A DNA stretch of 64,000 nucleotides from an uncultured candidate division Zixibacteria bacterium. GTDB lineage: Bacteria; Zixibacteria; MSB-5A5; GN15; PGXB01. Of the stretch, positions 10,146 through 20,018 are shown in pieces. Where the stretch lies: contig OY969724.1 of the NCBI GenBank assembly GCA_963702205.1, forward strand, positions 2,848,001 through 2,912,000. Direction: 5' to 3'. Made by a program: the position numbers and the translations under genes. A model generated the notes under the pieces. It saw only the letters and a program-made list of their open reading frames with translations, was not told where the DNA came from and did no database searches. Positions within the stretch are counted from its first letter, which is position 1. The number at the start of each line of letters is the position of its first letter.

Positions 10146-11463
10146 GGGAGTGTACGGAATTTTGTGTAAGCGGCCGGTTCATGTGTTTTCGATCCTTCCC
10201 TCGAAGACGATGCAGAAGTGATTAAGGGCCGCCACCCAGTCCTTGATCGGACGCTTCCATTTTTTCGAGATTCTTTGTATCGCCAGGTAGATCACCTTTC
10301 TGACTGATTCCACCGTCGGGAACGAGCCGCGATTCCGCGTCACCTTGCGCAACTGAGCATTCATCGACTCGATGGCGTTGGTCGTATAGATAACCTTTCG
10401 AATCTCTTTGGGGTAGCTAAAAAACGGGATGATGTTCATCCAGCAGGACCGCCATGAGCGGGCGATCTGCGGGAAACGGTCCCGGTATGTGGCCTCGAAC
10501 GCCGTCAGGGCCTGCTCGGCGGCTTCTTCGTTGGGCGCCGAGTAGATCGTCTTGAGATCGGCCGCGACCGCCTTGCGCTCTTTCCAACCGACATACTTCA
10601 GCGAGTTGCGCACCATGTGCACGAGACATAACTGCACCTGGGTCTGCGGAAAGGCCGTCTCAATCGCATCAGGGAACCCCGTCAGACCATCGACACAGGC
10701 AATCAGGATGTCCCGAACGCCCCGGTTCTTAAGCTCCGTCAGCACCGACAGCCAGAACTTCGAACCCTCCTGATCGCCGACCCACAAACCCAAGAGTTCC
10801 TTGTAACCCTCCGGCGTGATCCCCAAGGCCAAATAGACCGCCTGGTTTTTGACCTGGCCGCTCTGACGAAGCTTCAGGTGGATGGCGTCCAGATAGACGA
10901 TCGGGTAGACCGCCTCCAGCGGCCGACTCTGCCACACCGTCACCTCCTGAAGCACGGCGTCCGTCACCGCCGAAATCAAGGCCGGGGAAACCTCCGACTG
11001 GTACATCTCCTCAAGATGACCCTGGATATCCCGCGTCGTCAAACCCCGAGCGTACAGCGCCAACACCTTGTCGTCGAAACCGGGCAGGCGCCGCTGGTGC
11101 TTTTTAACCAACTGCGGCTCGAACTCGCCGTTCCGGTCCCGCGGAATCTCCAGCGTAACATCTGCCGACCCGGTCTTGACCGTCTTGCTGGTTTTGCCGT
11201 TGCGAGAGTTGCCGCTGTTTTTGCCTTCGGGAGCATTGGGCGGATAGCCCAAGTGATGCGTCATCTCACCTGCGAGGGCGCGCTCATACACCCGTTTCGT
11301 GAGCGCCTGCAGAAGACCGCCCTCACCCACTATCTCTTCCGGCGTCTTGCCGGCGATCATCTCGTCGATCAGTTTGTCAGCTTCGTCACGTTTCTTGGCC
11401 ATGATATACCTCCTTCAACTATATATACGTCATGGCCACTTACACAAAAATATTTACACGCGC
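10146..11463 (-). mobile_element. IS256-family insertion sequence, copy 1 (1318 bp)
   Basis: Imperfect 25-bp IRs GGGAGTGTACGGAATTTTGTGTAAG and CTTACACAAAAATATTTACACGCGC; 8-bp TSD CATAATCG at 10138-10145 and 11464-11471. Confidence 0.97.
10179..11402 (-). CDS. IS256-family (mutator-type) DDE transposase
   Basis: NSRNG, PRDRNGEFEP, YLDA, CVDGL, QLCLVH, YTTNAIES. Confidence 0.98.
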   Translation of the reverse strand: MAKKRDEADKLIDEMIAGKTPEEIVGEGGLLQALTKRVYERALAGEMTHHLGYPPNAPEGKNSGNSRNGKTSKTVKTGSADVTLEIPRDRNGEFEPQLVKKHQRRLPGFDDKVLALYARGLTTRDIQGHLEEMYQSEVSPALISAVTDAVLQEVTVWQSRPLEAVYPIVYLDAIHLKLRQSGQVKNQAVYLALGITPEGYKELLGLWVGDQEGSKFWLSVLTELKNRGVRDILIACVDGLTGFPDAIETAFPQTQVQLCLVHMVRNSLKYVGWKERKAVAADLKTIYSAPNEEAAEQALTAFEATYRDRFPQIARSWRSCWMNIIPFFSYPKEIRKVIYTTNAIESMNAQLRKVTRNRGSFPTVESVRKVIYLAIQRISKKWKRPIKDWVAALNHFCIVFEGRIENT

Positions 11464-11858
11464 CATAATCGTTTAATCAAATATTGCCTAGCCTATAGTT
11501 ATGAGACTTTATCTAGTTATTATTTAAATATTGCCCAAATGGACTCCGCCTCCATTTACGCATATAGGGCAATTGACACCGATCCTCGATTTATATTAAA
11601 GCCATGGATTATTGCGTCCTCTTATATATATAACAAGGACTATTTTGGAGCAGATTCTGTCCTAAATATAATATGGTCCCAATTCAAAGACACGCTAAGC
11701 GGCGATTTAATTGTAGGTATATATAGATTGCAGGAAAAAACATTGCCCGATTCATTCAAAATTGAATATGAAAAACTGTACCCTGGGAGAATCGAATGCA
11801 AAAATATGGAATGGCTTAATAAGGTTAATCGCATTATTAAAATATGAAAATAAAAAAA

Positions 11859-11931
11859 TGGAGCCGAGGAGGATCGAACTCCTGACCTCTTGACTGCCAG
11901 TCAAGCGTTCTCCCATCTGAACTACGGCCCC
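11859..11931 (-). tRNA. tRNA-Ala(GGC)
   Basis: GGGGCCGTAGTTCAG..CTTGA-CT-GGC-AG-TCAAG..GTTCGATC..CGGCTCCA; G3:U70 pair; CCA not encoded. Confidence 0.97.
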
Positions 11932-11955
11932 ATTTTCAGGTTCGACCAATATATA

Positions 11956-12633
11956 TCAGCTTGGTTTTATGTCAAGATTTTTATTGGCGGCGTCCTCCCC
12001 GTTTGGTTCATGATTATGTTTATTTTCAATCAATCGCTTAATATCAATCATATTTCCCGCCGGTGTCTCTTTGAGCAATACTCGTTCGAGGTCGATCAAA
12101 ATATCGGTCGTATTTTTTATCCGGCCCACTTCGTCCGAAATACGCTTTATCTTATCAACCGTATCGGACGATAAAACCGGATTTTCTTTCAGAACCATTT
12201 CGGCGTTGGCGTAAATGGTCATCAGCGGATTGTTTATCTCGTGACCGAGCGTGGCGGCGGTCGCGCGGACAATGTCCCGATCGTGTTTTGATTCCACCGC
12301 AACGCTGTCTTCGCCTTTGTGCAGCACCAATTTATCGGGAAGAATCATATTGGAGTTTGCGGTATTTTCATCCTGAACGGAAATTGAATCATCGGCATTC
12401 AGCCTGAGTATCGCCAGGTTTTCCAGACTGTCAATGAGTTCTTTCAAAGACGAACTCAAACCGGAAAAATCTGAATAATCCAGAATCAGCAAGTTATAAC
12501 TCGAGGTAATCAGCAGTTCATACAGCCTGATTTCGGTTGTAACGTAATCGCATTCTTTCTGTACACGATCATTAAATATGCTTAGTATATTGTGCGGGTT
12601 CAAACCGTTCGTGGAATAGATGACTATTTTCAT
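11956..12633 (-). CDS. Receiver-like + HisKA (DHp) protein with no ATPase domain
   Basis: YNLLILDY; intact H-box TLGHEINNPL; protein ends without N or G boxes. Confidence 0.75.
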   Translation of the reverse strand: MKIVIYSTNGLNPHNILSIFNDRVQKECDYVTTEIRLYELLITSSYNLLILDYSDFSGLSSSLKELIDSLENLAILRLNADDSISVQDENTANSNMILPDKLVLHKGEDSVAVESKHDRDIVRATAATLGHEINNPLMTIYANAEMVLKENPVLSSDTVDKIKRISDEVGRIKNTTDILIDLERVLLKETPAGNMIDIKRLIENKHNHEPNGEDAANKNLDIKPS

Positions 12634-12652
12634 ACAGCCGGCTCTTGTGTGT

Positions 12653-14185
12653 TTATTGGTTGGGAAGGATGATCTCTATAACTGTCCCCGGTCCGTTCGG
12701 GGTTCCAAGCCTGACGTCACCGTCCAGCGCACGCGCCTGCGTCCGGGCGATAGCCAAACCCATCCCCGGTCCCTGCGCAATATTGTGACCGGGAGCGGGC
12801 ACTACCCAAAAAGGTTTGAAGATGTCTTCAGCGTACTCGGCGGGAATGCCGGGACCGTTGTCGGCCAGGCTTAAAGTCAGATCTTTCTCGGTGCTGCGCG
12901 ATATGACCTCTATTTCAAGCGTGCTTGTTCGATCGTGGTAGCGGAACGAATTCGTCAGGATGCATTCGAATATTTCCTGTATTTTGGCATCGTCGGTATG
13001 CACTATCGGCAGCGATATATTTTTCAAAAAGACGTTCAACCCGGAATGCTTTAATGACAGCCGTTGATAGCAGTCGCGAAGGACGCGATTCAGATCGATT
13101 TTTTGATACGCTGTTTTATCGCCGGGTTCGGCAAAATAGCATTTGGCGAACCGGTCGAGGAACAATTTCAAGTCGCGGTTCGAGTCCTTGATATGGTCCA
13201 GATATTCGCGACCGTAACCCTTGATTTCCTTGCCGAACTGCCCGATTATATGCCCCACGTTATCGTCGATTTTATCCGTCTTAGGCGTTATGCTATCAAT
13301 CACCGTCCTCACGACGGTATCATCGACACCGGTTTTATATTGCTGCGTATTCGATATATCATTCACCGGCAGAAGCAAGGCCAAAAATCGGGCCAGCTTA
13401 TCGGGGACGGCATCGTCTTTGCCCCGCGACGGCTCATGAACCAACTTCAAAATACCGAGCGTCCTGCCGTCACGCCCGAGAGGGAATATAGATTCGACCA
13501 GCCTTTCTCCTGTCGTCAGCATATTGACAGTTTTTAAATCCGCCTGATGAGATACCTTATTCCCGTTAATAAGCGATTCGATTACATCACTTGAGATTTT
13601 ATCCGGTGTTTTATCGGCTCGGGTGTACGGTCTTCTTGTGGCCGATGCAAGAAGCTCGGGTTGATCTTTTTTCAGTGAGTAAATTTCGACACTTAAAATA
13701 TTTTCGTCAGTGACGATTGTCTCAGCGATTTGACTTAATTCTATTTCCTCGGCTTCAACCACCGTATGGGCCAGTTCAGCGATAATGTCTTTTTTATGCT
13801 CGTCGGCGACATAAGCCTCCCGGCGCTCGGTCGATGGCTCATTCGGGACCAGAATCAACTGATAATTGGCGGGATTCCCGGCCACAAAATTCTGTGAAAC
13901 GACGGCTGAGAATGAATGAGTCTTCCCCGCAATATCATAAATATTGACTTTCAACGGATAATGAAAGGTCTCGCACGACCGGCCGGATTCGAGGATGCGA
14001 CGCAAGGAGTCGAAAGATTCCTTGTCGAGAAATTCCTCGATATTTTTCACGAAAAGCTCTTCGGCGGATACGCCCAGAAGTTTCTCGGTGCGGGAATCGA
14101 TATATACGAACCGCCCCTGTCGGTCGATTTTAAAAACCGGACATTGATCCTGTCTTCTTTGTTGCTGAAGAAGCTGGCCTGTCAT
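12653..14185 (-). CDS. PAS-domain histidine-kinase-like protein with HATPase_c but a degenerate H-box
   Basis: PAS (IDRQGRFVYI..EKLLG), N-box LTNSFRY, DNGPGIP, IFKPF, GPGMGLAI. ATG at 14185 preferred because it avoids overlap with the upstream gene. Confidence 0.8.
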   Translation of the reverse strand: MTGQLLQQQRRQDQCPVFKIDRQGRFVYIDSRTEKLLGVSAEELFVKNIEEFLDKESFDSLRRILESGRSCETFHYPLKVNIYDIAGKTHSFSAVVSQNFVAGNPANYQLILVPNEPSTERREAYVADEHKKDIIAELAHTVVEAEEIELSQIAETIVTDENILSVEIYSLKKDQPELLASATRRPYTRADKTPDKISSDVIESLINGNKVSHQADLKTVNMLTTGERLVESIFPLGRDGRTLGILKLVHEPSRGKDDAVPDKLARFLALLLPVNDISNTQQYKTGVDDTVVRTVIDSITPKTDKIDDNVGHIIGQFGKEIKGYGREYLDHIKDSNRDLKLFLDRFAKCYFAEPGDKTAYQKIDLNRVLRDCYQRLSLKHSGLNVFLKNISLPIVHTDDAKIQEIFECILTNSFRYHDRTSTLEIEVISRSTEKDLTLSLADNGPGIPAEYAEDIFKPFWVVPAPGHNIAQGPGMGLAIARTQARALDGDVRLGTPNGPGTVIEIILPNQ

Positions 14186-14196
14186 AAAAAAAGAGC

Positions 14197-16230
14197 CTAT
14201 TTTTTGAATACCTTGAATTTTTCGCTCGCCCAATGGGTGCGAACGATCACAAGGTAAACGCCCGGAGCCACTTCCCGGCCCCGGTTATTGGTTCCGTCCC
14301 ATACCACCGTCCGTGTCAATTCATTATAGTTATCGGAAAAACCGTTCCAAACTTTGTCGCCGCTGACCGCAAAAATCGAAATGTCTTCGATTTTACCGGC
14401 CGACGGACTTATAAAGATGGACAATGAATCGGTAAACGGATTGGGACCGAACGCAATTTCGGCTCTTTCTACGACTCTGAATATGAATGAAGCGGTGTCC
14501 GCCTGAGGCGTCCCGCCAACGGTTCCTTCTATAATTACCCGGGCATCGTACGTGCCCACGTCTTCGGGAAATCCGTAATAAACTATCTCCCAATAATTAG
14601 AAGTTTCCTGCGTTACTTTTGTTAAATAGGCACTATCCGGCATATTTTCCATTTTCGGTGAATCGGCGGATAGCTGTCCGGATATATCCAGCCTTATAAA
14701 TGTATATTGTCCCACCGGCGCGGCGATATCCGGAATCGGCGCTATTTTAAGCAATCCCGACGCTTTGAAAACGTCCGGCAAACCGTAGCCATAGAGATTA
14801 TCAGGATTATCCCGGCGGTCGCCTGACTTTAGAAGATTGTTTCTGATATCGGAGACGGTCAGGGTTTTGTTGGCATCGAGCATCAAAGCTACTCCCCCGG
14901 CAACCAGCGGCGCCGAAAGAGAAGTGCCGCTGAGTCCGGCAAATTCCCAGCCAAAACCGATGTTCCGCATGCAATGGACGTTTTCCCCGAGGGCGACGAC
15001 GTCCGGCTTTATGCGTCCGTCGTAAGTCGGACCCGCCGATGAAAAGCCGGTAATGACCCCGAAACTGTCCACCGCCCCGACCGCCAGGACATTGAAGCCG
15101 TCGGCGGGAGGCACAACATAATACCAGCATTCATCCGGTATATAATGATCGCAACCTGATCTTTCATTTCCCGCCGATGAGACCACGAAAATGCCCTTAT
15201 TAAAAGCGATATCGGCCGCAACCGTAATTGGGGCGGTCATGCCATCAAGTTCGGAATAAGTGTACCAGTCCAAATATCCCACCGACGTGGTTATTACGTT
15301 CGCTCCTTCAGCATCGGCTCTTTCCGCCGCGGCTACCCAGAAATCTTCTTCGCCCATATAGTCGGGCTGAATATAATCTTCGGTTTCATAGAGCATGAAT
15401 TCGGCATTGTACGCCAGCCCGATTAATTCATCATCCATAAAGCCGCCGATTACAGAAAGGACGGCCGTTCCGTGCCTTTCTTCTTCCATAATGCCGCTCA
15501 TCACGGAGGCATCGTCATGGACAAAATCATATTGGTCGATTATTTTGGTGTCGGCAAATACCGGAAGATCGTATTTAAAGCCTCCGTCCATAATGGCAAC
15601 CTTCTGTTCTCTGCCGTCAAACCCGATCTTATGCATGAGCCGGGCGTTTATCATATCCGCCTGTTTCAGCGACGGCCCATAGTCGGAATCCTGAATGCTC
15701 CCGGGATTGGGCACGTCTTTGTCATATAATCCGGCGTCTTCAACATCGTCAGCGCGGTGATATTGTGCCACCGGCCGGATTTCCGCCACGAAATCAAGCG
15801 GAATCAACCGTTCGATGGTTGACTGATCGGCATAGCCCGATACCGCGTTCAGCCAACGCGATGAAAGTCTTACATCCAGGCCCAGCGCCTTTACTGAATC
15901 GACATACTTTTCACTCACCGGTATATCGAGAATGTCCGCCCGAAAACCAGTTTCGCAGCGGACTTGCCTTCGGGCGATGGCATCGCTCGAATACCATTTA
16001 TCAATAAGTCCGGATTTGTCATTGAATGATTTCTTATCGAAGATTTCTTTATCGGTGAAAAAGACCCATATCTTGCGTTCGGCTTTATCGTGAGAATTCA
16101 TCAGATAATCCTTAAAGGCGGGCGCAATTTTGGGGCTGCGGGCCGGGACGGCATATGAATCATCGGCGGCAATCGCATTCGATATAAGAAGCAAAATGCC
16201 GGCAAATGCAACAAGCCAGGAAGTCTTCAT
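14197..16230 (-). CDS. Secreted S8 (subtilisin-like) serine peptidase with FlgD-Ig/T9SS-like C-terminal domain
   Basis: Signal peptide; triad AIMDGG, HGTAV, GTSLSAP; C-terminal GPNPF..VWDGTNNRGREVAPGVY. Confidence 0.93.
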   Translation of the reverse strand: MKTSWLVAFAGILLLISNAIAADDSYAVPARSPKIAPAFKDYLMNSHDKAERKIWVFFTDKEIFDKKSFNDKSGLIDKWYSSDAIARRQVRCETGFRADILDIPVSEKYVDSVKALGLDVRLSSRWLNAVSGYADQSTIERLIPLDFVAEIRPVAQYHRADDVEDAGLYDKDVPNPGSIQDSDYGPSLKQADMINARLMHKIGFDGREQKVAIMDGGFKYDLPVFADTKIIDQYDFVHDDASVMSGIMEEERHGTAVLSVIGGFMDDELIGLAYNAEFMLYETEDYIQPDYMGEEDFWVAAAERADAEGANVITTSVGYLDWYTYSELDGMTAPITVAADIAFNKGIFVVSSAGNERSGCDHYIPDECWYYVVPPADGFNVLAVGAVDSFGVITGFSSAGPTYDGRIKPDVVALGENVHCMRNIGFGWEFAGLSGTSLSAPLVAGGVALMLDANKTLTVSDIRNNLLKSGDRRDNPDNLYGYGLPDVFKASGLLKIAPIPDIAAPVGQYTFIRLDISGQLSADSPKMENMPDSAYLTKVTQETSNYWEIVYYGFPEDVGTYDARVIIEGTVGGTPQADTASFIFRVVERAEIAFGPNPFTDSLSIFISPSAGKIEDISIFAVSGDKVWNGFSDNYNELTRTVVWDGTNNRGREVAPGVYLVIVRTHWASEKFKVFKK

Positions 16231-16967
16231 TGAAATTGTTCTCCAAGGGAGCTGTTTAAAAATTCGCGCGTTCTTTCCATTTTCGGATTATCGAACATTT
16301 CTGCCGGAGCACCCTGTTCGACAATCCGGCCGCTTTCCATAAATATAACGCGATCAGCTACTTCGCGTGCAAAACTCAATTTATGGGTCACGACCAGCAT
16401 TGTCATCCCCTTTTTCGCCAGGAACTTCATCGCGTCGAGGACTTCGCCGATCATTTCCGGGTCGAGCGCCGAAGTGACTTCATCGAAAAGCATAATTTTG
16501 GGATCCATCGCCAGTGCCCGGGCGATAGCAACTCTTTGTTTCTGTCCACCGGATAGTTCCGCCGGATAGGCGTTAATTTTGTCGCCGAGACCAATCTGCT
16601 CCAGAAGTTCCAGCCCGCGTCGGTGCGCCTCTTTATTGGATCGTTTTCTCACTACTTTCTGGGCCAATTTCACATTTTCGATAACTGTCAAGTGTGGAAA
16701 CAGGTTAAACCCCTGAAAAACCATTCCGACTTCCAGACGGATTTCGTGAATATCCTTATGATGGCGGTCGATTTTGTTTCCCTCAATAATAATTTCTCCG
16801 CAATCTATATCTTCAAGAGCGTTAAGGCAGCGCAGCAAAGTTGTTTTTCCCGAGCCCGATTGACCGATTATGACAACCACCTCACCTTTTTCGACTTCAA
16901 GATTGACACCGTCTATCGCCACCGAATCACCGAAGCGTCGGACCAGGTTTTTTATTTGAATAATCAT
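16227..16967 (-). CDS. Polar amino-acid ABC transporter ATP-binding protein (GlnQ-like)
   Basis: GQSGSGKT, LSGGQKQR, MLFDEVTSALDPE. ATG at 16967 overlaps the permease stop (ATGA). Confidence 0.95.
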   Translation of the reverse strand: MIIQIKNLVRRFGDSVAIDGVNLEVEKGEVVVIIGQSGSGKTTLLRCLNALEDIDCGEIIIEGNKIDRHHKDIHEIRLEVGMVFQGFNLFPHLTVIENVKLAQKVVRKRSNKEAHRRGLELLEQIGLGDKINAYPAELSGGQKQRVAIARALAMDPKIMLFDEVTSALDPEMIGEVLDAMKFLAKKGMTMLVVTHKLSFAREVADRVIFMESGRIVEQGAPAEMFDNPKMERTREFLNSSLGEQFQ

Positions 16968-17662
16968 GCTTTCTGAGACCCGAAGCCTTTCACCGCGAAG
17001 TATTTTTCGAGATACTTGACAAGCCTGCTTAAGCTCACGGTCATCAGGAGATAAATCATACCGACCAGAAACCATGTCTGGAAATCGGTAAACGTCTGCG
17101 CATAATATTCTCGACCGGCGCGGGTGAGTTCCCTTAGACCGATTATAGAAACCAATGACGAATCCTTTAGCGAGGCGATAAACTGGTTGGCCGTCGGTGG
17201 TATCACGATACGGATCGACTGCGGGATAATGACGTACCAGAGAGTCTGGAAGCGGGTCATACCCAGAGACTGGGCTGCTTCGTACTGTCCGTAGTCGATA
17301 GCCTCAATTCCTGATCTCAAAATCTCGGCCAAATAGGCTGAATAACAGATGCCAACCGCAAGTACTCCCGCCGTGAAACGATCGAGATTTAATATTGATC
17401 CCAACCCGAAGTAAATAAAAAATATCTGTACCAGAAGCGGGACACCCCGAATGACGTCGATGTATATGCCAGCAATCGTCCTCAACGGCCTTTTCTTCGA
17501 AATGCGCATCAGGCCGACAAGCAGTCCGACCACCAGAGCCAGGGCAAACGACGTTACCGTTATCAGAATCGTCCAGGGAACTGCGGGCAGAAGGTATTTT
17601 AAAATATCCCAATAAAGAGTTAACTGCTTTGAAATCCATTCAATCAAGCGGCACATCCTCAA
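16964..17662 (-). CDS. Polar amino-acid ABC transporter permease
   Basis: IRGVPLLVQ, AYLAEILRSGI, EAA motif QYEAAQSLG, LKDSSL. Confidence 0.95.
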   Translation of the reverse strand: MRMCRLIEWISKQLTLYWDILKYLLPAVPWTILITVTSFALALVVGLLVGLMRISKKRPLRTIAGIYIDVIRGVPLLVQIFFIYFGLGSILNLDRFTAGVLAVGICYSAYLAEILRSGIEAIDYGQYEAAQSLGMTRFQTLWYVIIPQSIRIVIPPTANQFIASLKDSSLVSIIGLRELTRAGREYYAQTFTDFQTWFLVGMIYLLMTVSLSRLVKYLEKYFAVKGFGSQKA

Positions 17663-17797
17663 AAAAATTAAAGTTAAGGCGAGACATCAGCTAAAGCAAG
17701 ACGTAAATATCGCCGGAATTACGACACGGTCAAAAGAATAATTGACAACCGGCCATCAAGGCTGTTTCTTAGGGCACGAATCCAAATTGATATCATT

Positions 17798-17869
17798 GCC
17801 CCCGTGGTGTAACGGATAACGCGTCGGCCTCCGGAGCCGGAAATCCAGGTTCGATTCCTGGCGGGGGTA
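17798..17869 (+). tRNA. tRNA-Arg(CCG)
   Basis: GCCCCCGTGGTGTAACGGATAAC..TCGGC-CT-CCG-GA-GCCGG..GGTTCGATTCC..CGGGGGTA. Confidence 0.96.
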
Positions 17870-17878
17870 TTTAATTTA

Positions 17879-17907
17879 AAGGCCCGGTCGTTTGACCGGG
17901 CTTTATT
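17879..17907. terminator. Bidirectional terminator between tRNA-Arg and the convergent gene
   Basis: GCCCGGTC-GTTT-GACCGGGC-TTT. Confidence 0.75.
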
Positions 17908-17910
17908 GAT

Positions 17911-18870
17911 TTATTGCTTTTTAAGAGTATAATCGGCCGGGATATTATAATAGCTGTCGTCAAGACCAGTCTTCTCGATTTTAGAAACATCGGACTCAAT
18001 ACTGAACGATTTGAACATCCCGTTTTCGGTTTTCGGGGGCTTGCCGCCTATCATATTGTTGATTCTCTTCAATTGCTGATTATTGGGATCGGCCAGACCT
18101 TTATCATACTGTTCTTCAGTGAAGCCAAAGAGCGTAGATTTTTCCACGGTGAAATTGAGCTTGATTGGGACTCCGGTGAAAGCCTTTGTCGAATCGAAAA
18201 TCGGCTCAAATTGCTCGCCCAGCGCTCCGAGCATACTGGCCACCTGCCTCTGCTCGGCGAAATTTTCAGATCCAAGGACTTTTTTCACGGAATCCTGATA
18301 TGAATCGTAAACGCCTTTTCCCGGGACATTATCTGCAAACCATTGTTCATAGGTTATCAGCACTTTATCGCCTTCATTACTTTTATTAACACCGATCGCC
18401 TTGGCAATCATACCTTTGCAATCGGCCCAGCCGATCCTTTTCGGTTCGGTGATTTTCTTTATCGTGACGCGCCATTCGTAATCTTCAGGATTCGTGCTGG
18501 TCCCCAGAAGCGGGCTTTTGACCGATTTGAGTCCATTTCCCTGCATTCGGGCTTTGATCGTATCAAGAGGCGTTTCGATATAACCTTTTTCGTTTTCGTT
18601 TAGACTCCAAATGACCCCTTTATCAAGACGAGTAACGGTAATCACTTTTTGCGGAGTGCTATTCATTTTCGCCATCAATCCGGAGATAGGTGTTGACAGG
18701 TTCTCTGCGTACGTTCTGTCTTTACGGAAATACTCAGTTCGGCTGGTTTCCGTCGAACCGGCTCCCAGGATGGACATCGTAACCTTGGATTTGATCATAA
18801 CATCCGCCGAAACGTTGGGCATGGACATAAGCGAAACAATCGCGGCAACCAGGGCAATTTTCAATTTCAT
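17911..18870 (-). CDS. Secreted hypothetical protein (DUF4412-like)
   Basis: Signal peptide; TVTRLDKGVIWSLN; C-terminal DDSYYNIPADY. Confidence 0.65.
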   Translation of the reverse strand: MKLKIALVAAIVSLMSMPNVSADVMIKSKVTMSILGAGSTETSRTEYFRKDRTYAENLSTPISGLMAKMNSTPQKVITVTRLDKGVIWSLNENEKGYIETPLDTIKARMQGNGLKSVKSPLLGTSTNPEDYEWRVTIKKITEPKRIGWADCKGMIAKAIGVNKSNEGDKVLITYEQWFADNVPGKGVYDSYQDSVKKVLGSENFAEQRQVASMLGALGEQFEPIFDSTKAFTGVPIKLNFTVEKSTLFGFTEEQYDKGLADPNNQQLKRINNMIGGKPPKTENGMFKSFSIESDVSKIEKTGLDDSYYNIPADYTLKKQ

Positions 18871-19082
18871 CGATTATCCTCCAGTCGTTTGCGGAGATAA
18901 TAGCCATTAATTAAGTGATAGTCAATTTATTAGCGCGAATTTCATACCTGTTTTACGTCAACCCGGCGCGATGGATGATAAAAATATTTGTCGCTGTCGG
19001 AATCTGCCCCGAACAAAAGGGAACGTGGATGATAGTTGTCGGTTATAACAAATACAATTTGTCCAAATGAAAGGAGGCTGAG

Positions 19083-19973
19083 ATGAAATTAGCTGTAACC
19101 GGGCCGACCGGCCATATTGGCCGCCGCCTTACGGAACTGCTCTTGAATGACGGATCACACGAGGTTATTCTGCTGGCCAGGACTCCCGAAAAACTCTCCA
19201 ATGAGATCTCCCGTGGGGCCGCGGTGGCCAAGGGTGTCCTTGACGACGCCGAATTCGTAAAGTCTGCCACGGTCGGTGTCGACGCCATGTTCTGGATGAT
19301 CCCGACCGATATACACGCCGATGACAACCGTGCTCATTATCGTATTTTCGCTCATTCGGCCGTCGAGGCCGTCAAAGCCAATAAAATCAAGCACGTCGTC
19401 CTGCTTTCGAGCATTGGGGCTCATCTAAAAAGCGGCGTCGGGCCCATCAATGGCTCATCTGAATCCGAGCAGATGCTTCGCGAAGTCGTGCCCGGCCTGA
19501 CCATATTGCGCCCGGCTTATTTCATGGAAAACTTCATGATGTCGCTGCAAAGTATTTCCACGGCCAACTCGATTTTCCTGCCCACGTCCGGGACGACGAC
19601 GACGCCTATGGTGGCGACAGCCGATATCGCTGAAAAAGCTTTCAAGGCCCTTACCGGTCCGCCGCCGTCAGGAGTGAATATTGTCCCCATAAGAGGACCG
19701 AAAGATTACAGCTTCGATGAAGCAGCCGGAGTCATCGGGAAGAAACTGGGACGCAAGGTCACTTTCGTCAGAACAACCCCGGAGCAAACCCGCGAAGCTC
19801 TTATCGGGATGGGAGTCAGTGGACATATGGCCGGTCAGTTTATCGAAATGTACAGCGCCATGGAAACCGGGCGGCTCAAATTCGAAACTCCCGAAAATAA
19901 AGTGAATTCCACGAAGACTTCGCTGGAGACGTTTGTCGATACGACCATGGCCCCGGCCATGAAAACCATGTAA
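19083..19973 (+). CDS. NmrA-like NAD(P)-binding protein
   Basis: VTGPTGHIG, LSSIGA, LRPAYFMEN; GGAGG SD. Confidence 0.92.
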   Translation: MKLAVTGPTGHIGRRLTELLLNDGSHEVILLARTPEKLSNEISRGAAVAKGVLDDAEFVKSATVGVDAMFWMIPTDIHADDNRAHYRIFAHSAVEAVKANKIKHVVLLSSIGAHLKSGVGPINGSSESEQMLREVVPGLTILRPAYFMENFMMSLQSISTANSIFLPTSGTTTTPMVATADIAEKAFKALTGPPPSGVNIVPIRGPKDYSFDEAAGVIGKKLGRKVTFVRTTPEQTREALIGMGVSGHMAGQFIEMYSAMETGRLKFETPENKVNSTKTSLETFVDTTMAPAMKTM

Positions 19974-19992
19974 CCAAAAACTATACCATAAA

Positions 19993-20018
19993 TGCCCCGG
20001 TTTTAGCCGGGGTTTTTT
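19993..20018. terminator. Terminator between convergent genes
   Basis: CCCCGG-TTTTAG-CCGGGG-TTTTTT. Confidence 0.7.

Larger units (their letters stand above)
9148..11847 (+). pseudogene. AT-rich membrane-anchored protein (TolB_N-like domain plus TPR-like helices), interrupted by IS256
   Basis: Joining 9148-10145 to 11472-11847 gives one open frame of 457 aa (..KRPHN-R-LIKYCLAY..). Three N-terminal hydrophobic segments; EAAKFGEKINARLVIWG. Confidence 0.85.

Noticed and set aside
11299..11847. 182-aa ORF as an independent gene
   Set aside because: It is a chimera of IS256 antisense sequence and the 3' half of the interrupted gene.
11848..17880. Prophage or integrative element at tRNA-Ala or tRNA-Arg
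   Set aside because: No integrase, phage genes or duplicated tRNA 3' end were found.
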